Shown in pieces: positions 1-10,275 of a stretch of 41,780 bases of DNA. Position 1 is the stretch's first letter. Every line of letters begins with the position of its first letter. The stretch spans positions 1 to 41,780 of the IMG/VR virus record IMGVR_UViG_3300022407_003708; one strand, 5' to 3'. The DNA is from a virus (taxonomy: Duplodnaviria > Caudoviricetes). The notes under the pieces were generated by a model. It made no database searches and had not been told where the DNA came from. It saw only the letters and a list, made by a program, of their open reading frames with translations. The translations under genes were made by a program, and so were the position numbers.

Positions 1-127
1 CCCGGTGATTCCAGACAAGATGCTAACCTGCGTCATAACGGTGGCCCTGTGTGATTTTTAACCAGTGTCAAGCATTGTATGAAAAAATGTCTCGCCCGTT
101 CCGAATATCGCCTACCAGGGGAATAAA
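1..127. repeat. Terminal direct repeat, copy 1 (circular assembly overlap)
   Basis: 1-127 is identical to 41654-41780. The 127-nt length matches a common assembler k-mer, and the repeat contains the 5' end of the gp10-like gene. Confidence 0.95.
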
Positions 128-129
128 CG

Positions 130-1389
130 ATGTCCACCATCAACCAGCTGTTTGCCGCAATGAGCGTTCAGGGTTCCGACCTGATCCCCGTGTTCACCAG
201 CGGTTCGCAGACCACGCGCCGAATCACCGTGTCGCAATTGCTGGAGTTCATCGCGGCCCAACAGCCGGCGAATGAATCCACTGTGTCGACCCAGTACGCC
301 GCGCCAGGCGTGAACGGCTTTACCGTGCAGATCATCCAGCCGATTACCGGCGGCCCGGATGTGCACATGATCATCAACCCGCTGACCGACTACGCGACCG
401 GTACCATCCAGTTACCGCCGTTCAACACCGCGTTCGATGGCCAGCAAGTCCTGGTGACCAGCACCAAGGCCATCACGGCGCTGACAGTGGATATCAACGG
501 GGCTTCGGCTGGCTTTGGCCTGCCTACCTGGATGAGCGCCAATGATGCATTTGTGCTGGCCTTCGATCAGCCATCGGCAAGCTGGTACATGATCGGCCGA
601 AGCGTTCCAAATCCGGTGGACACCTCGACCGCGCAGACGCTGACCAACAAAACGCTTTCATTTCCAACCATCAACGGCGGGAACCTGAACGCGATCAACA
701 TCGGCGGCTCCTCGACTGGTGACCTGACCGGCTTTACTGGCCTTCCGATCCTGACTGGCGTAGCCGGCCTGGGTGCAAACATGGCGCTGTTTCTCAACAA
801 CCCGACGTCGGCGCGATTCGCCGCCACACTACTGGACGAAACCGGTACCGGGCTGGTGGTGCTGAACAATGCCCCGACCTTCCTGGCGCCGCGCCTGGGT
901 ACCCCGTTCAGCGGCATCCTGACCAACTGCACCGGCTTGCCGATCGATACCGGTGTGAGCGGGCTGGCGGCTGGTATCGCGCTGTTCCTGGGTACGCCTA
1001 CCTCGGCCAACTTGGCCGCAGTTGTGAGCGATGAGACTGGTAGCGGCCCGCTGGTGTTCGCCACTGGGCCCACCCTGACCGCGCCGACCATCAACGCGCC
1101 ATCGTTCGGCGTGCCGGTGACCAAGACCGCAGCGTTCACCCTGGCGGCCAACGAAAACATGGTGATCTGCAATGGCACAGGGAGCATCCCGGTCACGTTG
1201 CCGGCCGCATCGTCTGCACCTGGTCGAGCAGTGCGAATCAAGAACATTGCCGCGTTCACCGTGACGTCGGCAACTGCCAACGTGGTGCCGCTTGCCGGTG
1301 GCGCTGCCGGTACCGCCATTTTGCCGGCCACCGCCGGGGCTACTGCCCTACTGGTCAGCGATGGTACTAACTGGATCATCATGGCCTAA
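130..1389 (+). CDS. Putative virion structural / tail-fibre-like protein with an internal 65-aa repeat
   Basis: 419-aa ORF with SD (AGGGGA), rich in T/G/A/N. Two copies of LPIxTGVxGL..ALFLxxPTSA..A....DETGxGxxV. Heads the structural cluster. Confidence 0.7.
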   Translation: MSTINQLFAAMSVQGSDLIPVFTSGSQTTRRITVSQLLEFIAAQQPANESTVSTQYAAPGVNGFTVQIIQPITGGPDVHMIINPLTDYATGTIQLPPFNTAFDGQQVLVTSTKAITALTVDINGASAGFGLPTWMSANDAFVLAFDQPSASWYMIGRSVPNPVDTSTAQTLTNKTLSFPTINGGNLNAINIGGSSTGDLTGFTGLPILTGVAGLGANMALFLNNPTSARFAATLLDETGTGLVVLNNAPTFLAPRLGTPFSGILTNCTGLPIDTGVSGLAAGIALFLGTPTSANLAAVVSDETGSGPLVFATGPTLTAPTINAPSFGVPVTKTAAFTLAANENMVICNGTGSIPVTLPAASSAPGRAVRIKNIAAFTVTSATANVVPLAGGAAGTAILPATAGATALLVSDGTNWIIMA

Positions 1390-1417
1390 TCGCCACACTT
1401 ACCGAGGAGTCACCGCA

Positions 1418-1729
1418 ATGACCATCAAAGCCCCTGCCAACCCGTCCTACGGCAATGCATCTGGCGTGGCCGCCACGTCCACATCGCAAACCGTGGTACT
1501 CAAGGCCAAGACCAAGCAGGTCATGATTACCAACACCGGGCCAGATGCTGCTTACGTGCGCATCACGCCGGACATCCTGGCCGCCACCTCGGCAGATGCC
1601 ATCCTGCCGCCCAACAGCATCCCCATCGTGTTCACCAAGGGGGAGGAAATCCTAAGCATCACCGTAGTTTCCGGTGGGACTACCTCTAACCTGCACATCA
1701 TGCCGTGCGAAGGCTTCGGCTCTCTTTGA
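1418..1729 (+). CDS. Hypothetical virion protein (103 aa)
   Basis: GAGGAG SD before ATG 1418; beta-rich sequence; lies in the structural cluster. Confidence 0.75.
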   Translation: MTIKAPANPSYGNASGVAATSTSQTVVLKAKTKQVMITNTGPDAAYVRITPDILAATSADAILPPNSIPIVFTKGEEILSITVVSGGTTSNLHIMPCEGFGSL

Positions 1730-1739
1730 GGAATAACCC

Positions 1740-2084
1740 ATGGCCATTAACTACCAGAAATTCTTTGCGCCGCAGACGCTGACAACCTCGGCGGCCGTGA
1801 TCTACACGGTACCCGCCACCCCGGTTTCGAACCTGTTCCGGGGCGGCCGCGTGCGCCTGACCAACAGCACCAACGCGCCGAAAACCGCTCGCCTGCATGC
1901 GGTACCAGCATCCGGCGCCGTGGCTGACGTGAACGCTTTTTTCTTCGACCAGACCGTGCCGGCCTTCGGGTATGTCGACGTGGACGTGCCTATCCTGGCC
2001 GCAGGCGACACGCTCCAGGGATTGGCATCAGCAACACCTGGTGTCGGAATCCAGGCCATGACCGGCGGGGTGTTCTCGGCATGA
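1740..2084 (+). CDS. Hypothetical virion protein (114 aa)
   Basis: GAGGA SD; ATGA overlap with the next gene. Confidence 0.75.
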   Translation: MAINYQKFFAPQTLTTSAAVIYTVPATPVSNLFRGGRVRLTNSTNAPKTARLHAVPASGAVADVNAFFFDQTVPAFGYVDVDVPILAAGDTLQGLASATPGVGIQAMTGGVFSA

Positions 2085-2677
2085 AGAATTTTCTGTTGCT
2101 CAACCAGGGCTTGGACGTCACACCGTTGCGTCTGGCCATCGCGCGCCGGCCCGAGTTGTGGGCCGAGGACACTTTTCTGCGTCACTATCCCCAGGGGCCT
2201 TTCGAAGATGTGGAAACTATTTTTCTCCGGTTCCCGGAACGCGTGGTTTTCGATGATGAGGACGTGGCCGAGCAGGAAAGGAAGGTGGCCCTGTACAAGG
2301 CAAATCAGCTCCCAGGATTCGACCAGCACGAATCGATCGATTACCCGGCCTATGCCCTGTTTCCTCAAGCGCGCGAACTGGTGCTGGCGCTGATGACCCG
2401 GGTCGGCGGTGTGCGCCTGGGCCGCGTGATGATCAACAAGATTCGCCCCGGCGGCCGCATCTTCCCGCACGCGGATTCACCGGAACACGCCAACTACTGG
2501 AACAACCGCTTGCACGTCGTGTTGCAATCGCTGCCCGGGAACGACTTCCGCTGTGAGGATGAACACGTCCACATGCGCACCGGGGAGGTGTGGTGGTTTG
2601 ATCACCGGCTTGAGCATGAAGTGGTCAACAACAGCGCAGACGACCGTATCCACCTGCTTGTTGATATTCGGAGCTGA
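2081..2677 (+). CDS. Aspartyl/asparaginyl beta-hydroxylase-family 2OG-Fe(II) dioxygenase
   Basis: Cupin motifs 'PGGRIFPHAD' (HxD), 'GEVWWFD', 'EHEVVN' (distal His) and 'DRIHLLVD' (2OG-binding Arg). Confidence 0.85.
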   Translation: MKNFLLLNQGLDVTPLRLAIARRPELWAEDTFLRHYPQGPFEDVETIFLRFPERVVFDDEDVAEQERKVALYKANQLPGFDQHESIDYPAYALFPQARELVLALMTRVGGVRLGRVMINKIRPGGRIFPHADSPEHANYWNNRLHVVLQSLPGNDFRCEDEHVHMRTGEVWWFDHRLEHEVVNNSADDRIHLLVDIRS

Positions 2678-2681
2678 AACC

Positions 2682-3143
2682 ATGCTGACTTCCCACGTCG
2701 AACCGCTCATGTCGCAGATCGAGGAAATGAAAGCCCTTTTCCCACTGCATTACGAGGAACTGGCGCTTAATCAGGACAAGGTACCCCTATCGCCGCAATG
2801 GGTGACCTATTCCGCCAAAGAGGATGCCGGCCAGACCGTTTACGTCACGCTGCGCGAGGCTGGCCAGCTGTTGGGCTACATTGTGACGTTCGTTGCACCT
2901 GGTCTGCATTACGAAACATGCCTCACTGCGCACATGGATATCCTGTTTGTTCGGCCTGATCGGCGTGACACCGCGGCCAAGGGCGTATTGCTGATGATGC
3001 GCACCCTGGAGGATGAGTTGCGGCGCCGTGGGGTGCAGCGTTGGTTCATGGGCACCAAGTTGCATAAAGACATCGGCGCAATCTTCCGTCGACGGGGTTT
3101 CGAACCCGTTGAAATGACTTACACCAAATGGCTTGGGGAGTAA
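2682..3143 (+). CDS. GNAT-family acetyltransferase (in the P22 gp14 position)
   Basis: GGAG SD. 'DILFVRPDRR...KGVLLM..LEDELRRRGV' resembles motif A, and the C-terminus reads 'IFRRRGFEPVE'. Confidence 0.75.
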   Translation: MLTSHVEPLMSQIEEMKALFPLHYEELALNQDKVPLSPQWVTYSAKEDAGQTVYVTLREAGQLLGYIVTFVAPGLHYETCLTAHMDILFVRPDRRDTAAKGVLLMMRTLEDELRRRGVQRWFMGTKLHKDIGAIFRRRGFEPVEMTYTKWLGE

Positions 3144-3149
3144 TAAACC

Positions 3150-3782
3150 ATGGTCGCAGCAGCAGTAGGGGGTGCCGTCGTAGCAGGCGGCATCTACAGC
3201 TCCAGCCAACAGGGCAAAGCAGCCGGTAAAGCCGCTGACGCCCAGTCGGAAGCGAGCCAGGCCGGCATCGAAGAACAGCGCCGGCAATTCGACGCCATGC
3301 AGACCTTGCTCAAGCCGTATGTGACGGCCGGCAACCAAAGTTTGGCGGCTCAACAGAACCTGCTGGGGCTCAATGGTACCGCCGCCCAGCAGCAGGCCAT
3401 CAACGGCATTAAGGCCGGCCCCGCGTACACGTCCGCCATGCAGTCCGGGGCCAACCTCATCACACAGAACGCGGCCGCTACTGGTGGCCTGCGCGGCGGC
3501 AACGTACAGGATGCCCTGGGGCGCTATGGCGGTGACCTGCTGACCACGCTCACGCAAAACCAGTTCACCAACCTGGGCGGCCTGACGTCGCTGGGGCAGA
3601 ACGCGGCGGCACAGACGGGTAACGCGGGCATGCAGTCGGCCAACAACGTTTCGACGCTGCTGGCGCAACAAGGGGCGGCACAGGCGGGTGGCTACATTGC
3701 CCAAGGCAACGCCAATGCCGGAATGGCGAACTCCCTGTTGCAGGGGCTGGGCGCCTATGGCGGCATCAGCAAAACATTCTGA
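3150..3782 (+). CDS. DNA ejection protein, P22 gp7-like
   Basis: Ala/Gly/Gln-rich with the 'QNAAATGGLRGGN' motif; first of three ejection genes. Confidence 0.85.
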   Translation: MVAAAVGGAVVAGGIYSSSQQGKAAGKAADAQSEASQAGIEEQRRQFDAMQTLLKPYVTAGNQSLAAQQNLLGLNGTAAQQQAINGIKAGPAYTSAMQSGANLITQNAAATGGLRGGNVQDALGRYGGDLLTTLTQNQFTNLGGLTSLGQNAAAQTGNAGMQSANNVSTLLAQQGAAQAGGYIAQGNANAGMANSLLQGLGAYGGISKTF

Positions 3783-3793
3783 GGACATGACCC

Positions 3794-5065
3794 ATGGACC
3801 CAATCAACTACACCGGGCTACAAACCCAGCTGAACCCAGGGCAAGCAATTCTCGGTGGGCTGCAAACTGGCGCCGCGTTCAGCGATCAGCAATTTAAGAA
3901 TGACCAGCAGGCGCTGGCATTGCAGGCTCAACAGCGCCAGCAACAAGACCTGATGAAGCTGATGCAGAACCCCAACCCAACGGCCAAGGATTATGCCGAC
4001 TACACCCTGCGCAATCCTGCCCAGGCCGACGCGGCCAAGCAGTCGTTCAGCCTGTTGGATGAGTCGCGCCAGAAACAAACCATTGGCATTGCCTCCCAGG
4101 TCTATAGCGCGCTCCAGTCCGGCCGCCAGGACATCGCCCAGCAGCTGCTCGAGCAGCAGCACGAGGCGTTGAAGAACGGCGGCAACGCTGGCGACCTGCA
4201 AGCCAACGAGACCTTGTTGCAGGTGGTCAAGGATGATCCCAAATTAGCCACGCACATGGCCGGCACCTTTCTCGCCTCGGCCCTCGGGCCAAAAAACTTC
4301 GCGTCGACCTTCGAAAGCTTGAGCAAGGAAGCCAGGGAAAACGCCCTGGCCCCGGTCAAGCAGCAACAGGCACAGCTGGGCCTGGCTGACACCCAAAGCA
4401 AGATCGATACGCGCGCCGCTGACCTGGAGATCAAAAAAGCGGATACCCAAATCAAGGCGCTTACTGCTGGCATCGCCAAGGAAAGCAACGAGATCAAGAA
4501 AGCCTCCCTCCAGGAAAAGCTGGATGCGGCCAAAGAGAAACACGACCAGCTGACCAGGGACAAAGCGGCCAGCACGGAAAGCGCCATTTCCAGCATGGAT
4601 AACGCGATTGACACCATTTCGAAACTGGAAACCCACCCGGGGCTGTCGGGCAACCTGGGTAAAACTGGCGTGCTGCCGAACATCCCGGGTAGCGATGCAT
4701 CCAATGCGGCCGCCCTGATTGAGCAGCTGCAATCCCAAACTTTCCTGGGCTCCATCCAGACCATGAAAGGCATGGGCGCGCTGTCTGACGCCGAGGGTGC
4801 AAAACTCAACAACGCTATCGCTTCGCTGAGCACCAAGCAGAGCGAGCCGCAATTCCGCGCCCAGCTGTCCAGCATCAAGACCCTGTTTGAAAAGGGCCGT
4901 GAGCGCGCAGCCAAGCAGGCCGGAACCACGATTGCACCGCGTCAGGGTGTGGTGATGAACCACCCAACCTACGGCGCAATCACCAATGAGCGGATGGAGG
5001 CGGCGGCCAAGAAGTACGGCATCACCGTTGATCAACTGCGTGAACGTCTCCAGGGGAATCAGTAA
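3794..5065 (+). CDS. DNA ejection protein, P22 gp20-like
   Basis: 423-aa helical Gln/Ala-rich protein with 'MKGMGALSDAEG'; sits between gp7-like and gp16-like genes. Confidence 0.75.
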   Translation: MDPINYTGLQTQLNPGQAILGGLQTGAAFSDQQFKNDQQALALQAQQRQQQDLMKLMQNPNPTAKDYADYTLRNPAQADAAKQSFSLLDESRQKQTIGIASQVYSALQSGRQDIAQQLLEQQHEALKNGGNAGDLQANETLLQVVKDDPKLATHMAGTFLASALGPKNFASTFESLSKEARENALAPVKQQQAQLGLADTQSKIDTRAADLEIKKADTQIKALTAGIAKESNEIKKASLQEKLDAAKEKHDQLTRDKAASTESAISSMDNAIDTISKLETHPGLSGNLGKTGVLPNIPGSDASNAAALIEQLQSQTFLGSIQTMKGMGALSDAEGAKLNNAIASLSTKQSEPQFRAQLSSIKTLFEKGRERAAKQAGTTIAPRQGVVMNHPTYGAITNERMEAAAKKYGITVDQLRERLQGNQ

Positions 5066-8000
5066 TGGCCGAGTTTCCTAAGTCCTTTGATGATCCTGCT
5101 TATGACGCGGCCGATTCGTCGGCGGCGGCCACGGCCGGTATTGACCCAATCCTTTTGCGGGCTATCCGCACCAGGGGCGAACAGTCGAATGCCGACCAGG
5201 TGAGCAGTAAGGGCGCAACGACCCCGTATCAATTTATCCCGGCGACCCGCAAGGCGATCTTGGACAAGTACGGGATCGACGTCACCCTCAACCCACAGAA
5301 TGCATCCCTCGGCGCCGCCTACCTGCTCAAGGAAGGCATTGACCGCAACGGCGGGGATGCATCGGCGGCCGTGGCCGAGTATCACGGCGGTCTTGATCGC
5401 AAGCAGCATGGGCCGATCAATCGCGCATACGTGGAACGGGTCATGGGCGGCGCGCAGGAAGACTTTTTAGACCAACTGGCGCAAGAGGTCGCGCAATCCA
5501 CTAAAACGCCTCCAGCGCAGCCAGGCGCAGCCACAGCGCCAGAAGCTGGGGCCCAGGCTGCGGCAGATCCACTTGATGAGCTGGCCGCGTCCATCGCTGC
5601 GGAACCTACCCTTGGCCAGAAAGCCATGGACATCGTGAGCGGCGATCTGCGCAAGACTCCAGAAACCGAGGCCGCACCCGACTGGACGCAGCTACCCGAG
5701 TACGCCAACAACTTCGGTTCGGCTGGGTGGAAGGCCGCCATCGGCACCACGTTCTCGAACCCCGAAGAAACCGCCCGGGTGATGAAAGCGAACTTCCCCG
5801 ACATCCAGGTACGCCAGGACGATAAGGGTAACTACTTCCTCAAGTCGGCCGAGGACGGCAAGGAATACGCCATCAAGCCAGGTTTCAGGGCTACCGATGC
5901 CCCGCGCGCCGTGGGCAGCATTGCAGCCTTTTTGCCGGTTGGGCGCTTCGCCTCGATCCTTGGCCAGGGTGCCGCAGCTGCTGGCATCCAAGGCGCCATA
6001 GAAGGTAGCCAGGCCGCAACCGGCGGTACATTCAACCCGGGTGACGTGCTGGCCGCTGGTGCGCTGGGTGCTGCTGTGCCTGCGGCCTCCCGCGCAGTGT
6101 CGGCCGTGGCCAACCGTCTTGGTGGTGCTGACGATGTGGCGGCCGCCGCTGCCCGTGGCACCCCTGAACCGGCGCCGGCTGGCCAGCCAGTAGCACAGCC
6201 AGAAGTTGTTCCACCAGCGAGCCCGGAAGCCGCTCGAGCAGCACAGGCGGAAATGGCCGCAGCGCGCCAGGGTGAGCAGGCAGCACAAGCGCCGTGGATG
6301 CTTCGAGTGGGTGACAAGGATGTGCCGGTGGAAGTATTGCCGGCCACTCACACCGGGCCAGACGGTACCGTTTACCAGCGTGTTGTGTACGCCGGAAAGG
6401 AACAGTTTGTGCCAAGCAACTCATTGACGCCGCCGGCTGTTGTGGCGCCGGCCGAGGCAGCGGCGCAGGCCGCCCCAGCGGAAGCCGCCGCACCAGCAGC
6501 GACCATTCCCGAGGCTGCGCCATTGCCAAGTGCTGCACCGTTGGCCCAGGCCGATCTGTCCGCAGTGGCCAAGGAAGCCGCGACCGGTACCGGGCGTGCA
6601 CAGACGCGCGCCCAGCAGATCCTCGCCGAACAGGCCGCCCCCGATGCTGAAACCGTTGCGGCCGCTCGCCGCCTGGGCATCGAGGACAACCTACAGCCCG
6701 ATCACATCACCACCAACCAATCGTTCCGGGAGCTGTCGCAGGCGGTTAAGTCGATGCCTGGCAGTGAGGCGCGGGCGCAGGAACTGGAAGGGTTGCAGGC
6801 GGTGGCCAAGCGTGCCGACGACCTGGTGACAGAGCTGGGCGGCACCAAAGACCTGTCGACCCTATCTGAGAACGTCAAAAATCAGATGGTTAAGACGGTC
6901 GACGACCTGGAAGCACAGGGCAATGCGCTTTACGACAGCATTCGTAAGCAGATCCCGAACGACACCGAAGTGTCGGCGCCGTCTACCCTGGCATTCATCG
7001 ATCAGCGGGCCAAGGACCTTGGCGGAACGCAGTATCTGACGCCGCTGGAAAAGAAAATCCTGAGCCGGCTTTCTCCCAAGACAGTCACGCGCGCCGAGCA
7101 GGTTCCAGGCCGCACTGGCGTGACCAGTGCAACCACTCGCCAGGTGGAGAGTACCCGTCTGCCGCTGTATGCAAACATGGACGATGTGAGGAAGGCCGCC
7201 GGCCAAGCCACACGCATGCAAGGGCCGTTCAAGGATGCCGATAGCGGACTGGCGAAAAAACTGTACAGCCTGTTGACCGATGATCAAGATGCGGCTGTTC
7301 TACCATTCGGCATGAAGGACGTCAGCGATGCAGCCAAAGCAGCCACCCGCACCCGGAAGGCCCTCGAAGATGATGTGGTTTCGCTTTTCGGTAAAAACCT
7401 TGGCTCTAGCCTCGTTGGCAATCTTGCTGGCGGTGTGCAAGGTTTGGGTAAAGGTGACACTTCTAAGTTCCTGAAACTGATCAACGCTGTACCGCAGCCA
7501 ATGCGGCAAGAGGTCGCCGCGTCAGCCCTGAACTACGGTTTCCGCAATGGAGCCAAGGCCGGCGATTTGAATTTCCGCACCTTCGCGCAATGGTTCGAGG
7601 GCCTGCAACAGAACAAGCAGGCCTACAACGCGTTGATGGCCAACCTCCCCAAAGAAGCCCCGCAAATGCTCAAGGATCTCTATCGAATCTCGAGCGGCAT
7701 TTCTGCGGCCAGCAAGGAACGGATTATGACGGGGCGCCTCAACGCCATTACCAAAGAGTTGCAGGGGCCAGACAGCGCGTTACAGCGCGTTTACCAGGCT
7801 GCGGCGAAGGTTGCCGGGGTTTCGGCGATGGAGGCCGCCACAAGCGCGGTGGGCGCCCCTGGCGCTGGCCTGGCTGCGGGCATTACCTCGGCACTGATGA
7901 AGGGCAAGCCCGATGTGATGAAGGCCGCCGATAAGCTGATCTCCGACCCGGCGTTTATTTCCATGGCCAAGGCCTCGATGCGCGGTGAGGCGCCCAAGGC

Positions 8001-8136
8001 TGCAACCGTGAAACACCTGGCCAAGTCGGCGCAGATGCGGGAGTTTTTCCAGAAGGCCGGCAAGCCCCCTGAAATGCGGAACCATGAAGAATGGTTGATG
8101 GGCCTGTTCCAATCCGCCAACGAAAGCCAGAACTAG
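5065..8136 (+). CDS. DNA ejection protein, gp16-like, with an N-terminal lytic transglycosylase (SLT) domain
   Basis: 1023 aa. N-terminal 'GIDPILLRAIRTRGEQS...SSKGA..YQFIPAT...AVAEYHGG' resembles SLT motifs; lies before the tailspike. Confidence 0.75.
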   Translation: MAEFPKSFDDPAYDAADSSAAATAGIDPILLRAIRTRGEQSNADQVSSKGATTPYQFIPATRKAILDKYGIDVTLNPQNASLGAAYLLKEGIDRNGGDASAAVAEYHGGLDRKQHGPINRAYVERVMGGAQEDFLDQLAQEVAQSTKTPPAQPGAATAPEAGAQAAADPLDELAASIAAEPTLGQKAMDIVSGDLRKTPETEAAPDWTQLPEYANNFGSAGWKAAIGTTFSNPEETARVMKANFPDIQVRQDDKGNYFLKSAEDGKEYAIKPGFRATDAPRAVGSIAAFLPVGRFASILGQGAAAAGIQGAIEGSQAATGGTFNPGDVLAAGALGAAVPAASRAVSAVANRLGGADDVAAAAARGTPEPAPAGQPVAQPEVVPPASPEAARAAQAEMAAARQGEQAAQAPWMLRVGDKDVPVEVLPATHTGPDGTVYQRVVYAGKEQFVPSNSLTPPAVVAPAEAAAQAAPAEAAAPAATIPEAAPLPSAAPLAQADLSAVAKEAATGTGRAQTRAQQILAEQAAPDAETVAAARRLGIEDNLQPDHITTNQSFRELSQAVKSMPGSEARAQELEGLQAVAKRADDLVTELGGTKDLSTLSENVKNQMVKTVDDLEAQGNALYDSIRKQIPNDTEVSAPSTLAFIDQRAKDLGGTQYLTPLEKKILSRLSPKTVTRAEQVPGRTGVTSATTRQVESTRLPLYANMDDVRKAAGQATRMQGPFKDADSGLAKKLYSLLTDDQDAAVLPFGMKDVSDAAKAATRTRKALEDDVVSLFGKNLGSSLVGNLAGGVQGLGKGDTSKFLKLINAVPQPMRQEVAASALNYGFRNGAKAGDLNFRTFAQWFEGLQQNKQAYNALMANLPKEAPQMLKDLYRISSGISAASKERIMTGRLNAITKELQGPDSALQRVYQAAAKVAGVSAMEAATSAVGAPGAGLAAGITSALMKGKPDVMKAADKLISDPAFISMAKASMRGEAPKAATVKHLAKSAQMREFFQKAGKPPEMRNHEEWLMGLFQSANESQN

Positions 8137-8147
8137 GAGTGCCACCC

Positions 8148-10265
8148 ATGTCCATCGTGATGCAAATCAACCCGTTCGATTACTTCGCCGACCTGAAAGG
8201 CGATGCGCTGGACGAGGGCTATATCTGGATTGGCCAACCCAACAAAGACCCGCGCCAGTTCCCCGTCGCGGTCTACTTTGATGCGGCCCTGACCATTCCG
8301 GCCGCCCAGCCGCTGCGCACGAACGCCGGTTACATCGTGCGCGGGAACGCTCCCACCTTCCTGTACATCAACGGCAATTACAGCGTGTTGGTGGAGGACA
8401 AGAAGCACCGCCGGGTGTTCTACGTTGCTGACTTCCTGCTGACCGGCAACAGTGGCGCTGTTTCGATTGGCGACCTGATGAACACCGACGACCCGTTGAA
8501 GGGTGACAACCTGGTGGGCTTCAAGCAGCCTTCGGCCGGCGCCATCGCGTCGACCGTGCACAACAAGCTGTTGCAATACTCGAGCCCCCAGGACTATGGC
8601 GCCAAGGCTGATGGCGTGACCGATGACACCGCCGCAATCAACCTGGCCATTGTCGCGTGCGCAGCAGAAAACAAGATTCTGGAGTTCACCAACGGGATCT
8701 ACCGCGCGCGCCGCATCGCCCTGGTATCTGGTATCACCATTCGCGGGAAGGGCGGCATTATCCAGCCATTGAGCGGCGACTTTGTGCTGCCAAGCGGCTT
8801 GCACGACACCGCATTGTTCGAAGGCTCGAACCTGACCGATGTGTCGATTCAAGGTCTGTCGATTCGCCAGGCAAAGCCCGAGGATCGGTGCGGCGCATTC
8901 CTGTTCGATACCTGCACGGACTATGACGTCAAGTTCAATTACATCGAAGTGAGCGCCGGCCGTGGGGTTTATTCGCGCCTGGCGGTCAACGCTGATATTT
9001 CCTCGAACATCATCCGGCTGGGCCGCAGCGGCGCGTATGGGTGCGGGATCCACTTCATCCACAACAGCCGCCGTTGCAAGGCCAACAACAACGATATCCA
9101 GGGCTACCTGGTCACCAAGGGCGCGGCGGGTTCCGGCGTACAGCCTGCGGGTGACTTGTGGGGGTCGGTGGGCATCGCCTGCAACATCACCGATTCCTTC
9201 CTGGTCACTTACAACGGCTGGAACTACAAGACCGGCTCTTACACCATCCTGAGCCCGGCGGGCACGTCGCCCTCCAGCGTTACCGTGGCAGTGCCAGGTG
9301 TCGCGGCTGACGGCTTATGGGAAGCGGCGGCCGGCCATGACGTGAGCGCCACCACTGGGTACCAGAAGCCCACCAAGATCGGCGCCGTTCTCGGTACCGA
9401 TACGCTGACCATTTCCCAGCTGCCCATCAACAACCCGGGCCAGATTGTGAACTGGGCAGTGCTGGGCTATGGCAACTCGCCGCAGTTCATGGAGTTCAGC
9501 AACAACACCATCAAGGGCATGATTTTCGCCGGTATTTCGTTGATCACCGCCCGCGACGTGACCGCATGCAACAACCACATCGAATCGGTGGGCGACATTG
9601 GGTGGGACCCCGAAGGCACCCAGCGCTGCAACCTGGTGGGCGGGACGATTATTGACTGCTCGAGTGCTGGCGCGATCCTGGCGGGCTTCAAGTCTTCGGT
9701 GATCGGTACATCGTTCCAGCGCTGCGGCAACCGTAGTGCCCGCGTCGTGGGCCCGAACATTGCCTACAACTTCGCGGTGATCGGTGATGCTGTGCTGCCC
9801 TATGGTCTCAAGGGCGAAAACCGGATTGTGGGGTGCACCATGGACGGCTCGGCAATCTCGATTACGACTGACTCCAAGTGCATGGCGGTGACCATCAGCG
9901 GCAACGCGATCACCACCAGCATTCGGGCCATCGAGTGTGTGAGCGGTTGCGACATGCACGTCATTGGTAACGATGTTACTGGCAACATCAAAATGACGGA
10001 CGTGCAAGAGTTCGAGGTATCGAACAACACCGTGCGCGACCCGCAGCAGAACGCCATTTGGCTGGTGGGAGCCAGTAAGTTTTCGGTCAAGGACAATACT
10101 GTAATGCGCACCACGGGGCAGTTTGCGGGCGGCAGTGGTGTGCGGTATGGCACCAGCTCAAACGGCATTATCAAAAACAACACGTATATTTCGATTGCGG
10201 CGGCCGGCGATCTCGATGACGGCGGCAACACTGCGGTAACCGTAACCGGTAGCGTCACACTTTGA
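8148..10265 (+). CDS. Tailspike: head-binding N-terminal domain plus right-handed beta-helix (pectate-lyase-like) depolymerase
   Basis: AGGAG SD. N-terminal 'NPFDYFADLKGDALDEGYIWIG..NKDP', then 'DYGAKADGVTDDTAAI', and many 'xxNNxI' beta-helix rungs. Confidence 0.88.
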   Translation: MSIVMQINPFDYFADLKGDALDEGYIWIGQPNKDPRQFPVAVYFDAALTIPAAQPLRTNAGYIVRGNAPTFLYINGNYSVLVEDKKHRRVFYVADFLLTGNSGAVSIGDLMNTDDPLKGDNLVGFKQPSAGAIASTVHNKLLQYSSPQDYGAKADGVTDDTAAINLAIVACAAENKILEFTNGIYRARRIALVSGITIRGKGGIIQPLSGDFVLPSGLHDTALFEGSNLTDVSIQGLSIRQAKPEDRCGAFLFDTCTDYDVKFNYIEVSAGRGVYSRLAVNADISSNIIRLGRSGAYGCGIHFIHNSRRCKANNNDIQGYLVTKGAAGSGVQPAGDLWGSVGIACNITDSFLVTYNGWNYKTGSYTILSPAGTSPSSVTVAVPGVAADGLWEAAAGHDVSATTGYQKPTKIGAVLGTDTLTISQLPINNPGQIVNWAVLGYGNSPQFMEFSNNTIKGMIFAGISLITARDVTACNNHIESVGDIGWDPEGTQRCNLVGGTIIDCSSAGAILAGFKSSVIGTSFQRCGNRSARVVGPNIAYNFAVIGDAVLPYGLKGENRIVGCTMDGSAISITTDSKCMAVTISGNAITTSIRAIECVSGCDMHVIGNDVTGNIKMTDVQEFEVSNNTVRDPQQNAIWLVGASKFSVKDNTVMRTTGQFAGGSGVRYGTSSNGIIKNNTYISIAAAGDLDDGGNTAVTVTGSVTL

Positions 10266-10275
10266 GGGCTTCATC

